Of a stretch of DNA of 38,718 nt, positions 1-20,842 are shown piece by piece. The DNA is from Octopus bimaculoides (lineage: Eukaryota). The translations under genes and the position numbers were made by a program. The notes under the pieces were generated by a model. That model ran no database searches, had not been told where the DNA came from, and saw only the letters and a program-made list of their open reading frames with translations. Each line of letters starts with the position of its first letter. Position 1 is the first letter of the stretch. Where the stretch lies: the NCBI RefSeq assembly GCF_001194135.2, contig NC_068990.1, positions 83,754,892 to 83,793,609 of the forward strand, written 5' to 3'.

Positions 1-16
1 TATATATATATATATG

Positions 17-62
<46 letters not shown>
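1..62. repeat. (TA)n/(TG)n microsatellite
   Basis: Direct inspection. Confidence 0.95.
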
Positions 63-63
<1 letters not shown>

Positions 64-743
64 ATTGACTTGATTCAGTTATTAGACTGAAGCGCCACCT
101 TGAAGAATTTTAGTCGAATGAATCGATCCCAGTTCTTTCGTCCGACTCTTTCATCTCTCCGATTTCGATAAAGTAAAGCTTCACTCAAATATTCGTATCG
201 ATCTTATCACTCTCCTGCACGAAATTTCAAGTCGTGTCTCTATTAGCAATCAAAAATCTCAATGGTACAAACAGAGAGTTATCTCCCTTGAGGTTCAGTT
301 AAACTTTTCTCGCATTTGTTGAAAATGTTACTTGACAAATATAATGTCACTTCAGTCGACTACATCTGCCGTCTCCCAACAGGATTCTATTCTGATGGAA
401 CTATTTTGTATTATATCTATACTATTTCGTGTTCGAATACATCTAATCCGACCGTGATAATTTCCCTTTATTTTTTTCTACCATTGAACTAAAAATACTT
501 GACCCAATGTGTCGTGTCTGATTTTAAAATGATAGGGTGTTAATTGAAGTAATTGAGTTGCTATTTTTAATTAATCGAGACACCGAAAAGGGTTTCAAAT
601 GGACTCATTAAATTCGTAATAGGAAATTTCTAGTCCGGTAGCGTTGATAATATTTACATTAATTTTAGCGGAGTAATAGCTTCTATATAACTTAAATACA
701 GTCTTATATGACTTTAATAGATTATTCCTCATCTTTTCCGTAG

Positions 744-831
744 TCACCTAAGAAACATCACACACGCTCACAATATCACACGTATCCATTCCTCCAAATT
801 AAGTCTTGCATGCAGAACGAGTGCAAGGGAG
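744..831 (+). CDS. Candidate internal exon of an unidentified plus-strand gene (SPKKHHTRSQYHTYPFLQIKSCMQNECKG+G)
   Basis: Acceptor ttcctcatcttttccgtag|, donor GAG|gtaatt, 88 nt, open in two frames; no family recognised. Confidence 0.4.
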
Positions 832-1166
832 GTAATTGGAAAGAGTTTAAAATGCGCGACCACGATTCCTTCTTCGATTTCATTGCGTAGCACCTTCGAA
901 AAGCCTCTGTTATTTATTTTCCCTCAAATTGACCGAAACATTTTGAATGGAATTTAGTAGACGGAACTTCTGTTGCATGCCTAGTAGTCATATGATCGTA
1001 GCTTCGATTACTGACTGGATCAGTCGACGCGTTGTTCCTCGGTAACTCATTTAATTTCACGTCTGTTCCATTTCTATTCATTTCTATTCATTGAAAATGC
1101 GGACCTGCCTATTACTGGTGCAAATTCCTCCCACAGTGGCCATAACGATTCTGCCAGATAGCTACC

Positions 1167-1167
<1 letters not shown>

Positions 1168-1217
<50 letters not shown>

Positions 1218-1230
1218 ACAACAACAACAA
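1168..1230. repeat. (AGT)n(AAC)n microsatellite
   Basis: Direct inspection. Confidence 0.95.
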
Positions 1231-1552
1231 TTCTAAATTATAAAGATGATGGTTTATTGAATAGTCTCGTTTGCATCAATATAATGAGCTTTACATAATT
1301 ATTTAGAACAGTATATGGTTAATGAGAAAACCTCAAAACCCCGCAGAAAATGTGATAACATAGAAGTATAATAGAAGAATATAATGAAGAAATGGTAAAG
1401 AAAATTCCACGAGAGTGTAAAGAAATATCGTTATCGTTGCAAAATCATCAGCAGTCGTTCGTTTGGTGTGAAATGATCGGCCATTGAACCAATGAAAACG
1501 GAGTTCGTTTTAAGAAGCAACAGCCGCACCAATCTCATCCACACTCGCAACG

Positions 1553-1780
1553 TGTGTATGTATGCATGTATGTATGTATGTATGTATGTATGTATGTATG
1601 TATGTATGCATGTATGTATGTATGTATGATGTATGTATGCATGTATGTATGTATGCATGATGTATGTATGTATGTATGATGTATGTATGTATGTATGTAT
1701 GATGTATGTATGTATGTATGTATGTATGTATTCATGCTTGCATGTATGTATGTGTATATATATATATAACACGTGTGTGT

Positions 1781-1818
<38 letters not shown>
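1553..1818. repeat. (TATG)n + (TG)n compound microsatellite
   Basis: Direct inspection; source of YIH/MYVC ORFs. Confidence 0.95.
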
Positions 1819-1820
<2 letters not shown>

Positions 1821-2089
1821 ACTGTTATGATGATTATGTGTTATGTATATATCTGACAGGAAAAACTCTGTCCGTTTCTAAAGGCTACCACTTCACTGGA
1901 GTAATTAACTGACTAGCCTCTTAGTCCATCCCCCTACTTTGAACATATGAAATAGAAAGGCGTAAGACAGAAGGAAGGATAAGAGAGACGTAGAGAAAAA
2001 TATCATACTTTGGCAAATTTGTTCAACAGGGAGTTGGCACAGTAATTCAACCCGCTGAAAATAGCAGCCAAAACTCACAAGAAGGGCCC

Positions 2090-2404
2090 TAATAAGAAAG
2101 ACTGTTTTTTTAAGTTGCAGTCTTTGCAATGTTAATGTGTATTTGCCAAGAGAGATTCTCCGTGATATTGAAGTCTAGTGTTTGAAGTAAAAGCAAGGGA
2201 TCTATCTGAATGATGCTTATGTTATAAGAGGGTGAGATGTTATAATGTTTTCGTGATATGTTCAGTAGGTACGAAGTACTTTAATGTTAAAAGTGAAAAG
2301 ATTGGCATGTAGTCAGAGCAAATTTGGTCTAATGTGTCCAGGTTGTATGAGGATGACATGCTATACAAGTTTAGAGAAGAATTGAGGTTTATGTCATCTA
2401 CGTG
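2090..2404 (-). mobile_element. Degenerate non-LTR retrotransposon RT fragment (CR1/L2/Jockey-group-like)
   Basis: Minus-strand translation HVDDINLNSS (YADD-like) followed by LDFNITENLSWQIHINIAKTAT*KTVFLIR, resembling the LGxxIxxxLSWxxHIxxxAKxAxxxLxFLxR thumb motif; stops and frameshifts present. Confidence 0.5.
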
Positions 2405-2934
2405 TTGAAATAATATACATATGGTTAATATGTTAACGTAATATAGTTATATATTCCCTTATATATACGGAGTTCTCTTATGTATAAAGTGCTGAAATAA
2501 TATACATAATATTTGTTTAATATAACAACATAATATAATTATAAATATATTTATATTCTCGTGAACATATAGCATTCTCTCATGTATAATACAGTGCTGA
2601 AATAATATACATACACTCTAATCTTGTGTTAATATAAATTTATTTATGATACAATTCTAGGATGATACGAGATAATACTTTTTTTTCACTAACGTTTACC
2701 AAAATGACAATGCTGTATTGAGTGACTATATCTTTTAGTGTATTCATGAAATTAAATCTCCTTCAAGTTTTGAACTTTATGAATTTTATAGATAAATGGA
2801 ATACGTAAAAGGAATAATTTTGCTATCTGTACTTATTTATAGATTGTTTGTTGACGATTCAGCTTCTGAATGATAAAAAAAAAAACGAATTTGTTTGGAT
2901 GTCATATATCTTATCTCACAAAATATAATTACAT

Positions 2935-3125
2935 ATACAAGCACACGCACACGCACGTACATGCACGAACATATACATATCCTCTCCCTATCTCTCCCCC
3001 TCTCTCTCTCGCTCTCCTTCTCCCTCTCTCTCTCTCGCTCTCTCTCACACACATATACACACAAACATACATACATATACACACGCGCACTCAAATATTC
3101 ACACACACGTCCTCATACACATACA
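2935..3125. repeat. (CA)n/(CT)n compound microsatellite
   Basis: Direct inspection. Confidence 0.9.
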
Positions 3126-3220
3126 ACCTCTACTCAGAATCGATGATAACCGCTAATTGCTTTAAATACCTATGTAGCTGCGAGCAGACAAATTCATTCG
3201 ATCGACCCTCGTATCTTCAG

Positions 3221-3360
3221 CCAGCGACATATCCACGATGCGACAGCTGCACGATGCGGCGGCTGGTCTGTATATGTTTGCGGAGGGTGGTGATAGTCAC
3301 ACTGCCGAGGAGCTTCTTTCGGCATTCACAACGCGCAAAACTATTAAAACCGCCATCTGA
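3221..3360 (+). CDS. Candidate terminal exon of the same unidentified gene ((A)SDISTMRQLHDAAAGLYMFAEGGDSHTAEELLSAFTTRKTIKTAI*)
   Basis: Acceptor ctcgtatcttcag|CC, phase 1 compatible with the 831 donor; CpG/GC-rich island between microsatellites; TGA at 3358-3360; ATTAAA at 3694 and AATAAA at 4100 downstream. Confidence 0.42.
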
Positions 3361-3419
3361 TCGCTGTTTCTACTAGTTGCAATGGTGTCCGTGAGAAGGT
3401 TGTGAGCATGCTTGTTTGC

Positions 3420-3635
3420 ATCTGTGTGTGTGTGTGTGTGTGCGTAAGTGTGTGTTATGTAAGAGTGTGTGAGAGAGTGCGCGTATGTGTGTACATGTGG
3501 CATGTGTACGTGTGTTTGTCTACACTGTGTGTGTATGTATGTATGTATATATATGTATTTGTATACATACATACACACACGCACACACATGTACATAAAT
3601 ACATGCATACATACATACATACATACATACATACT
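3420..3635. repeat. (TG)n/(TACA)n compound microsatellite
   Basis: Direct inspection. Confidence 0.9.
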
Positions 3636-4121
3636 TCTCCTTTTCTACTGAAGAAGGACGAACTTACGAAACGTTATCTCACTTCCTCTTTCCATTAAAG
3701 CACTAAACTAACACGTGTTGTCTTTTATTGTTCGTTATATTTACACCATATTTACAATATAAAAAGGCTTTCAACATATATACTCTTTAAATACATATAC
3801 AGATTGCTAATTTTGAACTTATACTGCTTCCATCACTAATAATACATCGTTTCTCACCCTACCGGCTAAATGCGACATGAGTGACCTTTCAATTATTGCT
3901 TAACCATACCAGTAATTTCATCAACCAATACTGGCTGCCCTTCAGCAGCTGCTGATATTTTTATGCGTTTTTAACAATGTACGTCTACGAAGATACTTTC
4001 TCAAGATGGATACCACAGTTTCAACATTTACAACATTTACACACTTTAAGTATTCATACGGATTACTAATTTTGAACTAATATTTCCTCTGTTACTAATA
4101 ATAAATGAAGAAATACATACA

Positions 4122-4131
4122 TGCGCGCACG

Positions 4132-4213
<82 letters not shown>
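4122..4213. repeat. (CA)n(TA)n microsatellite
   Basis: Direct inspection. Confidence 0.95.
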
Positions 4214-4218
<5 letters not shown>

Positions 4219-4879
4219 GTACAATTTATAAGTCTTTTTATGCGTAACTTCAAACAGATATAAATAGATCTTGTTACAGCCTTCGCATCTTCTCATTCAA
4301 AGAAACAGAATAGATTGGCTTGACATATTTCACGTTCATGCTGTACCGGTCATTTATCTGCTTACAAAGAAACAGCTGTATATCTAGTCACTATTTATAT
4401 CAGTTACAAACTATAACTCAGCTGTAATGGCCTAGCTAATTTTTTATTTCGTACATTCATTAAGTGGTGCTACTGAATAATTATCAAAGATTTGGGCACA
4501 GCAAATCTTATATTAAACAATTTGGCACAAATTTATCTCAGGTTTCCCACATGTTGTCCAATACATGCTGTGCTGAACATAATCACTATTCATATGTGGC
4601 ACCTTCACATACATGGATACAAGCTTCCCATAGAGTCTCTCACTATCACAGTATAGTATATGTGCAAATTGCTTATTGTGTTCTTATTTGAACTTCTAAT
4701 ACCCAGATCTATATTGGGCACATTACACACGCACACACACGTGCTCACAAACACATACGCACACACACATGCATATGTATATTTGTGTGTGTGTATTTAA
4801 GTGTGTGTGTGTGTGTGTGTGTGTAGCACATAACCGGCTAGTGGTTAGCTGCCATTGACTACAATTGGCATAGTATCCT

Positions 4880-4915
4880 CATCTCTCGCATTCTCTTTCT
4901 CTCTTTCTTTTTCTT

Positions 4916-4966
<51 letters not shown>

Positions 4967-5168
4967 TCCTTTATTTACTTTTTCTTTCTCACATGCTCTC
5001 TCAGATATCCACTAGTAATCCAGTCAGCTCCATGGCCTACACCTCAGCATACATTTATACACACACATTCTCTCTCACTCCCCCACTCACTCTCACTCAC
5101 TCACTCAATCACTCACTCACTCACTCTTTCTCTCTCTCTCACCCTATCACTTTCTTTCTCTCACCTTC

Positions 5169-5203
<35 letters not shown>

Positions 5204-5250
5204 TTTGCATCTCCCTCACTCTCTCATTCACCAACTCACTCACTCACTTA
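4880..5250. repeat. (CT)n/(CACT)n low-complexity tract in the presumed CAPSL 3'UTR
   Basis: Direct inspection. Confidence 0.85.
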
Positions 5251-5316
5251 AATACTCGGTCGTCCATCATCCATCGTCCTTCGGCTGTATGGTCTACACC
5301 CAGTGGATAATATCAA

Positions 5317-14448
<9,132 letters not shown>

Positions 14449-14554
14449 TCAGGCGAAAATAGTGGAATTATATGGTCAGGCAAACAGCAGAACACGATAA
14501 TTTGTTGTAAAATGTGAAATTGAAATAGATCTGTGTGTGTGTGCATGTGCATAT

Positions 14555-14825
14555 GAACGTGTGTGTGTGTGTGTATGTAGGTATGTATGTATATTCTTAT
14601 GTATGCATGTATATGTGTGTGTGTACATGTGTGTAATTAGATATATTTTGGTGTGTGTGTGTATGTAGGGATGTATGTATATTCTTATGTATGCATGTAT
14701 ATATGCGTATGTGTACATGTGTGTAATTAGATATATATTGGTGTGTGTGTGTATGTAGTTATGTATGTATATTTGTATGTGTGCATGTATGTGTGTGTAT
14801 GTATGTATGTATGTATGTATGTATA
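14555..14825. repeat. About 80-bp compound TG/TATG tandem unit, about 3 copies
   Basis: Repeated gtatgtagg.atgtatgtatattcttatgtatgcatg...gtgtaattagatata. Confidence 0.75.
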
Positions 14826-15071
14826 TGAAATTTACATAAATTTAGGACCACCCCTACCACTGTGCGAAAAAGAGTAAAAACGTGATTATGACATTTTGAC
14901 ATCTGCCATAATAAATATGATAATCAATGAAAGCCTATGTCACATCTGTTCTTGTAATGGCTGCAATGAACAACAAGAACAAAATTTCATTTGAATATGA
15001 ATCCATACACAAAATGTGTGACACCTAAGGATCCCATTGATTAATGACAACGTTCAGAGATACGGCTTTTA

Positions 15072-15114
<43 letters not shown>

Positions 15115-15115
<1 letters not shown>

Positions 15116-15635
15116 GAGTGAGAGAGCAGTGCATGCCATCAAAGTGACACTGGGGTAAAATATATGAAGTCCATTATACCCATCATGACTACCTGTCTGA
15201 TAAGGGTACACTAAACACATGCATCACAAACATATGTGTGAGACATTGTGATCTCATATCAAGATAAACAGCGCATGACCTCACAGGTGGGGCCCAGTTA
15301 GAATTTTTCTTCAGGTCGAGTAGCCCATCCCGCTCAAAAGGTCTCTGAATAAGGTTTGTTTAAGGATGTTGAGCAAAACACTCATGTTTCCAAAGGTGAA
15401 TTATTCAAACCCCAAAGAATTCCTCTCAACACATGACTATGATGCTCCCCACTACTTCTGCTCATGATCAGAGATGCACATATCATCAGCCACACCAAGG
15501 GACATGCTCAACTGGTGAAGGTCAAGCAACTGACGAGGAAATCTGGGGTATTAAGCAGAATATTTGCTGTAGCCCATCTTTTTATACCAAAACAGAACAA
15601 TGTACTTGATAACACTTCCAATCAATTAAAATCAG
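15115..15635 (-). mobile_element. Abundant ~520-bp interspersed repeat ending in an (AAT)n tail, copy 1
   Basis: Second diverged copy in the same orientation at 16527-17027; preceded on + by (ATT)n. Confidence 0.7.
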
Positions 15636-15678
15636 ATACCACCACAGCCTTATTATTATTATTATTATTATTATTATT

Positions 15679-16125
15679 GGCGAGCTGGCTGAATCATTAG
15701 CACACCGGGCGAAATGCTTCATGGTATTTCATCTGCTGCTGCTATGTTCTGAGTTCAAATTCTGCTGAGGTTGACTTTGCCTTTCACCCTTTCGGGGTCA
15801 ATAGAATAAGTACCAGCTGAACCCTGGGATGGGTTGTCAATGTAATCGACTTAACCCCTCCCCCAAAACCGCTGCCCTTGTGGTAAAACTTGAAACCATT
15901 ATTATTATTATTATTAAGGTAGTAGAACCGTTAGCAAGCCGGGTAAAATACTTAACAGTATTTTGTCTGCCGCTATATTCTGAGTTCAAATTCCGCTGAG
16001 GTTGGCTTCACCTTTCATCCTTTCGGGGTCAATAAATTAAATACAAGCAAAATACTGGGGTCGATGTAATCGACTAGTCCTCCACCCCCAAAATTTCAGG
16101 CCTTTCGTCTATAGTAGAAAGGATT
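15679..16125 (+). mobile_element. Two adjacent copies of SINE family B
   Basis: ggcgagctggc..aatc.ttagc ... gttctgagttcaaatt..gctgagg..gactttgcctttca.cctttcggggtc..ta.aataagtacc repeated at 15679 and about 15917. Confidence 0.75.
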
Positions 16126-16526
16126 GCCATAATTATTATTATTGTTGCTGTTATTATTATTATTATTATTATTATTAGTATTATAATACTCAGTTGCCCT
16201 CCTTATTTATTACAAGATCCATACCCCTGTTATTATTATGCTTTGTAACAGAAGTCAACATCAAATAAATTACAATGTGCAGGATTATTGAATGTCTATG
16301 TGTGTTTATCATTTTAAGAAGTTACTTTCGAATATAAACATGTATGTAAATAAAAATGATATATCAAATACAGAATGATTATAATACATTCCTAATTCTA
16401 TTTTCAGATTTGACAGTATTTTGTATACCAAAATGAATTTTAGTAAATTGAAGGTTTTATCTTACAAAAAAAAATGTCACTTCTAAAATCATTGTCTAAT
16501 GAATATGACACAAATATGTATGTATT

Positions 16527-17027
16527 GAGTGAGAGAGCAGCATATGCCATTAAAGTGATGCTGGTATACTCATCATGACAGCCTATCTGGCACCCATCAT
16601 GACAGCCCAGTATACCAACCACGACAACCCATCTGATAAGGACACACTAGGTATATGCATCACAACAATATGTGCGCACGCATGGTAACCTTATATCAAG
16701 ATGAACTGTGCATGACTTTGCAGGTGCGACCCAGTTAAAAATTTCCTTCAGGTTGAGTAACCCATTCCACTCAAAAGATCCCCAAATAAGGTTTGTTTAA
16801 GGATGATGAATGAAACACCCATGTTTCCAGGGGTGAATTATTCAAATCCCAACGAATCATTCTCAATACATGGCTATCATGCACTTCTACTACTCCTGCC
16901 CATGATCAGAGATGCACGTATCGTCAGCCACTATGGGACAAGCTCAACTGGTTAAGGTCAAGCATTTGACAAACAGTATTTGCTGTAGCCCATCTTTTAT
17001 ACCATAACAAAACATACTTGATAACAC
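16527..17027 (-). mobile_element. Same ~520-bp repeat, copy 2
   Basis: Collinear with 15115-15635 (gagtgagagagcag ... gctgtagcccatctttt). Confidence 0.7.
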
Positions 17028-17049
17028 TAAAGCCAAGAGAGTCACTGCC

Positions 17050-17700
17050 AGATGTATGTATGTATGTATGTATGTATGGATGGATGGATGGATGGATAGA
17101 TGTGTGTGTATGTATGTATGTGTGTGTATGTATATATGTATGTATGTGTGTATGTATGTATATATGTATGTGTGTGTATGTACGCATGTATCTATGTATG
17201 TATATATGTATGTATGTATGTACGCACGTATGTACGTACGTATGTATGAATGTATATATGNNNNNNNNNNNNNNNNNNNNNNNNNNNNNNNNNNNNNNNN
17301 NNNNCATACTTGATAACACTAAAGCCAAGAGAGTCACTGCCAGATGTATGTATGTATGTATGTATGTATGGATGGATGGATGGATGGATAGATGTGTGTG
17401 TATGTATGTATGTGTGTGTATGTATATATGTATGTATGTGTGTATGTATGTATATATGTATGTGTGTGTATGTACGCATGTATCTATGTATGTATATATG
17501 TATGTATGTATGTACGCACGTATGTACGTACGTATGTATGAATGTATATATGTACGTATGAATGTATATATGTATTATAGTATGTTAGTATGTATGTATG
17601 TATGTGTATGTATGTAAGAATACAATAGATACATACACGGATACATATACATGCAGATACATATTCGTTTACACATACACAAACATACACATACACACAT
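17050..17700. repeat. (TATG)n/(TGGA)n compound microsatellite, duplicated around a gap
   Basis: Direct inspection. Confidence 0.9.
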
Positions 17701-18007
17701 TATTTTTGGGAATGTCTCGAAGCATTCAGACAAAGCAATAAATGATAGACCGTAAACATCTATGTATGCCATGTCTGGGCGTATGACACTATGTGTGTGC
17801 GAGTACACAAATATAACAAAGGTAATTTCTGGAAAATGGATCGGCAGATTGTTTAAACAGGTGTATATTTACGTCATAAACAGGAAGAGTAAGCTTTATA
17901 AAAATAAACAAGTCTTATGTAGATTATTTACTGCGTAAACGGTTTACTGAGACGATGCCGAAAAAGAATACGGAAAAAAATAATAAACCAGTCCAAACAT
18001 CACTTAC

Positions 18008-18046
18008 CTTTAATGAGCAAGTGCTTCTTTAATTTGTTTTACGAGT
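18008..18046 (-). other. CAPSL: Putative non-coding first exon of CAPSL-like gene (5' boundary unknown)
   Basis: Consensus donor AAG|GTAAGT at 18008/18007 on the minus strand. The first coding exon has its own acceptor at 14437, so an upstream exon is required. The site is adjacent to an X-box-like palindrome. Confidence 0.45.
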
Positions 18047-18068
18047 GTTGCTCTTAGCAACCGGAAAC
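18047..18068. promoter_or_regulatory. RFX X-box-like palindrome GTTGCT-CTT-AGCAAC (18047-18061) overlapping an ETS-like CCGGAA core
   Basis: Perfect inverted 6-bp half sites with a 3-nt spacer; CCGGAAAC at 18061-18068; about 40 bp upstream of the candidate exon-1 donor. Confidence 0.5.
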
Positions 18069-18177
18069 AAGAACTGTAACCCTGTATATCACAAATGTTT
18101 AGCTGGTAATTTTCCAGATTATCTCCCATGCATCTGGAAATTTCTCATATACGTATGTGTAATATGATATATAAATT

Positions 18178-18179
<2 letters not shown>

Positions 18180-18225
<46 letters not shown>

Positions 18226-18267
18226 CGTGCGTGTGCATGCATGTATGTGTGTGTATATATACGTATG

Positions 18268-18301
<34 letters not shown>

Positions 18302-18520
18302 TGTATGTATGCATGTATGTATGTATGTGTATGTGTGTGCATGTGTGCATACATACATGCATGTATGTATATTTGTATGCATGTATGTATGTATGTATGT
18401 ATGCATGTATGCATGTATGTACGTATGTATGTATTCATGAATTCCAAATATGTACGACATACAATCATACACACACATACATACATATACACACATATAC
18501 ATACATATACACATACATAC
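18180..18520. repeat. (TG)n/(TATG)n/(CATA)n compound microsatellite
   Basis: Direct inspection. Confidence 0.9.
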
Positions 18521-18521
18521 A

Positions 18522-19035
18522 AGAACTGAAAGAGAATGTCTTCCAGATATTATTTTCCCATGAAGCATGGTGCAATGGCCGGAACCGTCTGGAACAGCGA
18601 AGCAAAAGAGAAAACACCAACAGACGAAGTTGACTATATTGAGACCGTTTGGTTAGAATATTGGTGCAACTTAAAAATTAAAACGGCCACCAAGTTAAAG
18701 CACAACTGGGCAGATATTGTTGTGTGGGACCAGAAGAAAAAGATGTATTTTCTTGTGGAAATCAGCTGCCCTCTGGACACGAATTTGGTCAGAAAAATAC
18801 AAGAGAAAGAGGACATCCTCGGACCATTGATAAGGAGTTTGCAAATCCAGTTCTCAAGAGACACTTTTAGCTTCGTACCTATTATTATTGGAGCAACAGG
18901 ATACAGACCAACTTGTCTGAAGCAAAGGATGACAGAACTTGGGAGCTGTGGAGAGAAGGCAAATCCTTAATTCATTCATTACAAATGATCGCGATATTTA
19001 AGATAATAAAAATCTTGAGATTTAAAGGGTGATGA
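18522..19035 (+). mobile_element. 5'-truncated non-LTR retrotransposon with restriction-like endonuclease (R4/Dong-like)
   Basis: ORF 18536-18970 contains IKTATKLKHNWADIVVWDQKKKMYFLVEISCPLDTN..KIQEK...VPIIIGATG, the RLE HNRPD..D/E..P.D.N..K..EK..VPI.IGA.G pattern with PD changed to AD; a frameshifted continuation runs to about 19030. Confidence 0.8.
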
Positions 19036-19774
19036 ACAAAACAAGATGCTTTCCCTCACAACTTTACCACCAAGCAGATGACGGGTCAAAATTTAGTCGA
19101 AATTAAAAAGAGAAAGAGAATATATACGCATAATTACATGGGCCCTCCGCTGGTTTCGACGTTGAGTAAGGCAGCCTTTCTTCCAGCTAACTGACTTACT
19201 CCATTTATCAGTGTGACTGTGTTGATGTGATCGACTTGAATCTTTAAAGGCGGTGCCCCAGTATGGTCACATTCCAATGATTCCAATCATTAAAACAATA
19301 AATATATAACGGTTACATTTTCCCAAATCAAATTTACGTGCAAATGAAAATATGAGCCACGTCATTCTTTAGTTGTTAGCAACATAATTGACACACCCAA
19401 ACGCTAAATACAAGCAATCACCAAGTACAATATTTATTGATGAAGCTAATTACTCAGATATGTCACTTGCTAAATTTTTACGTCCAGATGTATGCAATTC
19501 GCTAAGTTATTCCTCCCATTGTTACGTACAATGAAAGCTACACTTCGCTGAGGAGGTCTGGTAAACTGAAATATGTCCGTGGTTGTTTCCCTTAGTTGTC
19601 CAAATAATTAAAATACTCTTACTCATTGAACTAATGTCTTTTCATCGATGTTTAGCTACCTCTAATTAGACAGTTGATGCTAACTGCATTAAATATGTTA
19701 ATAGTAACTAAATAACAGTAATTAACCTTGAGATTACCATAGAAAGGGTGCCAGTATTTCTTATAAATATTGTA

Positions 19775-19867
19775 AGGCGGCGAGCTGGCAAAAACGTTAG
19801 GACTCCGGGCTAAATGCTTAGCGGTATTTCGTGTCTTTACGTCCAGACTTCAATTTCCGCCGAGGAG
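19775..19867 (+). mobile_element. SINE family B head fragment
   Basis: ggcggcgagctggcaaaaacgttag...aaatgcttagcggtatttcg. Confidence 0.6.
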
Positions 19868-20297
19868 TTACCTCCCTTATTTATAAACGTTAATCTTGGC
19901 TGAGTTGCTTTCTTTGTATATTCGCAAAGAATATTCTGACAAGTTGTTTGCATTTTCTGAACTTCTGCCGATGTAACCAGCCTCTTCTTTTCCACTTCTT
20001 GGAATCAGAGTTGTAAAAAGGGTTCTTGACGCTCTAAAACAAAGATAAGATACGTTTGGCATGACAGAGCGCAAGGAACACCAGCAGCCGAAGTAACTGT
20101 CCTCTCTTACTACGGCTCTCGCCACATTCAAGAAGTACCTGAAAACTGGAAATTAAAGCTGTCCGCAGTGAAGTTTTACTCATATTCATTGAAATCATTC
20201 TCTTAAAAAACTGAACTTCATGGAAACAATACTTTTCGATCTCAATTATTTGAACAATAGAAAGTCTTTGTTTTATCACAACCCCTATGTGTGTATG

Positions 20298-20337
<40 letters not shown>

Positions 20338-20697
20338 GACAACTGTAGTGAAATGATTAAATTTGTCCTTTAAATACCTTCTGATATGCTCCAGCAGGCT
20401 GAATCTTACAAACTGTATTTTGACCAATTAGTATGTTGTTTAGATGTCACGGTTTTGTGGGTGTGTCAACTATGTTTAGATTGTATTTCGACGATTATAT
20501 ATATAATTAGAGAGGGAGAGAACAAATGAGAGTGAGAGAGAGAGTGAGAAAGAAAGTGAGAAAGAGAGTGAGAGAGAAAGGATTAGTCAAAGCGGCATCA
20601 ATTTATAAACCATGAAACACAAGAAAATTCATTACAGTTTGTTTTATTAATAAAATACTATAGCTGTCATGGTTGAAAGACAAAAGCGTTGAATGAA

Positions 20698-20842
20698 TCA
20701 AATAATGTCACGGTCCATTGGTCGAAGAGTAGGACTATGTTGTTCATCAACAGATACTCTTGTGTAGGAGCTAGCAGATGGACAATGTCTGGTGAAACGG
20801 AAGCAGCATCTTTGCCACAGATGTGGTTTGTTGGGTGGTCGT
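20698..20842 (-). CDS. SLC2A10/12: Probable terminal exon of SLC2A10/12-like gene (I RPPNKPHLWQRCCFRFTRHCPSASSYTRVSVDEQHSPTLRPMDRDII*)
   Basis: Strong acceptor ccatttctgatttccacttccag|A, phase-2 compatible with the 26691 donor, open to TGA at 20698-20700. YTRV resembles the GLUT10 tail YSRI as recalled; AATAAA on the minus strand at 20643-20648. Confidence 0.72.

Noticed and set aside
1431-1550. CpG-containing segment as an extra exon of the candidate plus-strand gene
   Set aside because: All frames from the available acceptors hit stops before any donor.
19540-19587. CTGAGGA-GGT..ACT-GAAA-TAT-GTC hammerhead-like word on + strand
   Set aside because: Stem II is only 3 bp, stem III is implausible and stem I is mismatched; compatible with chance.
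20038-20207. ATG-less 56-codon open frame on + (TKIRYVWHDRAQGTPAAEV...)
   Set aside because: No convincing splice sites or recognisable family.
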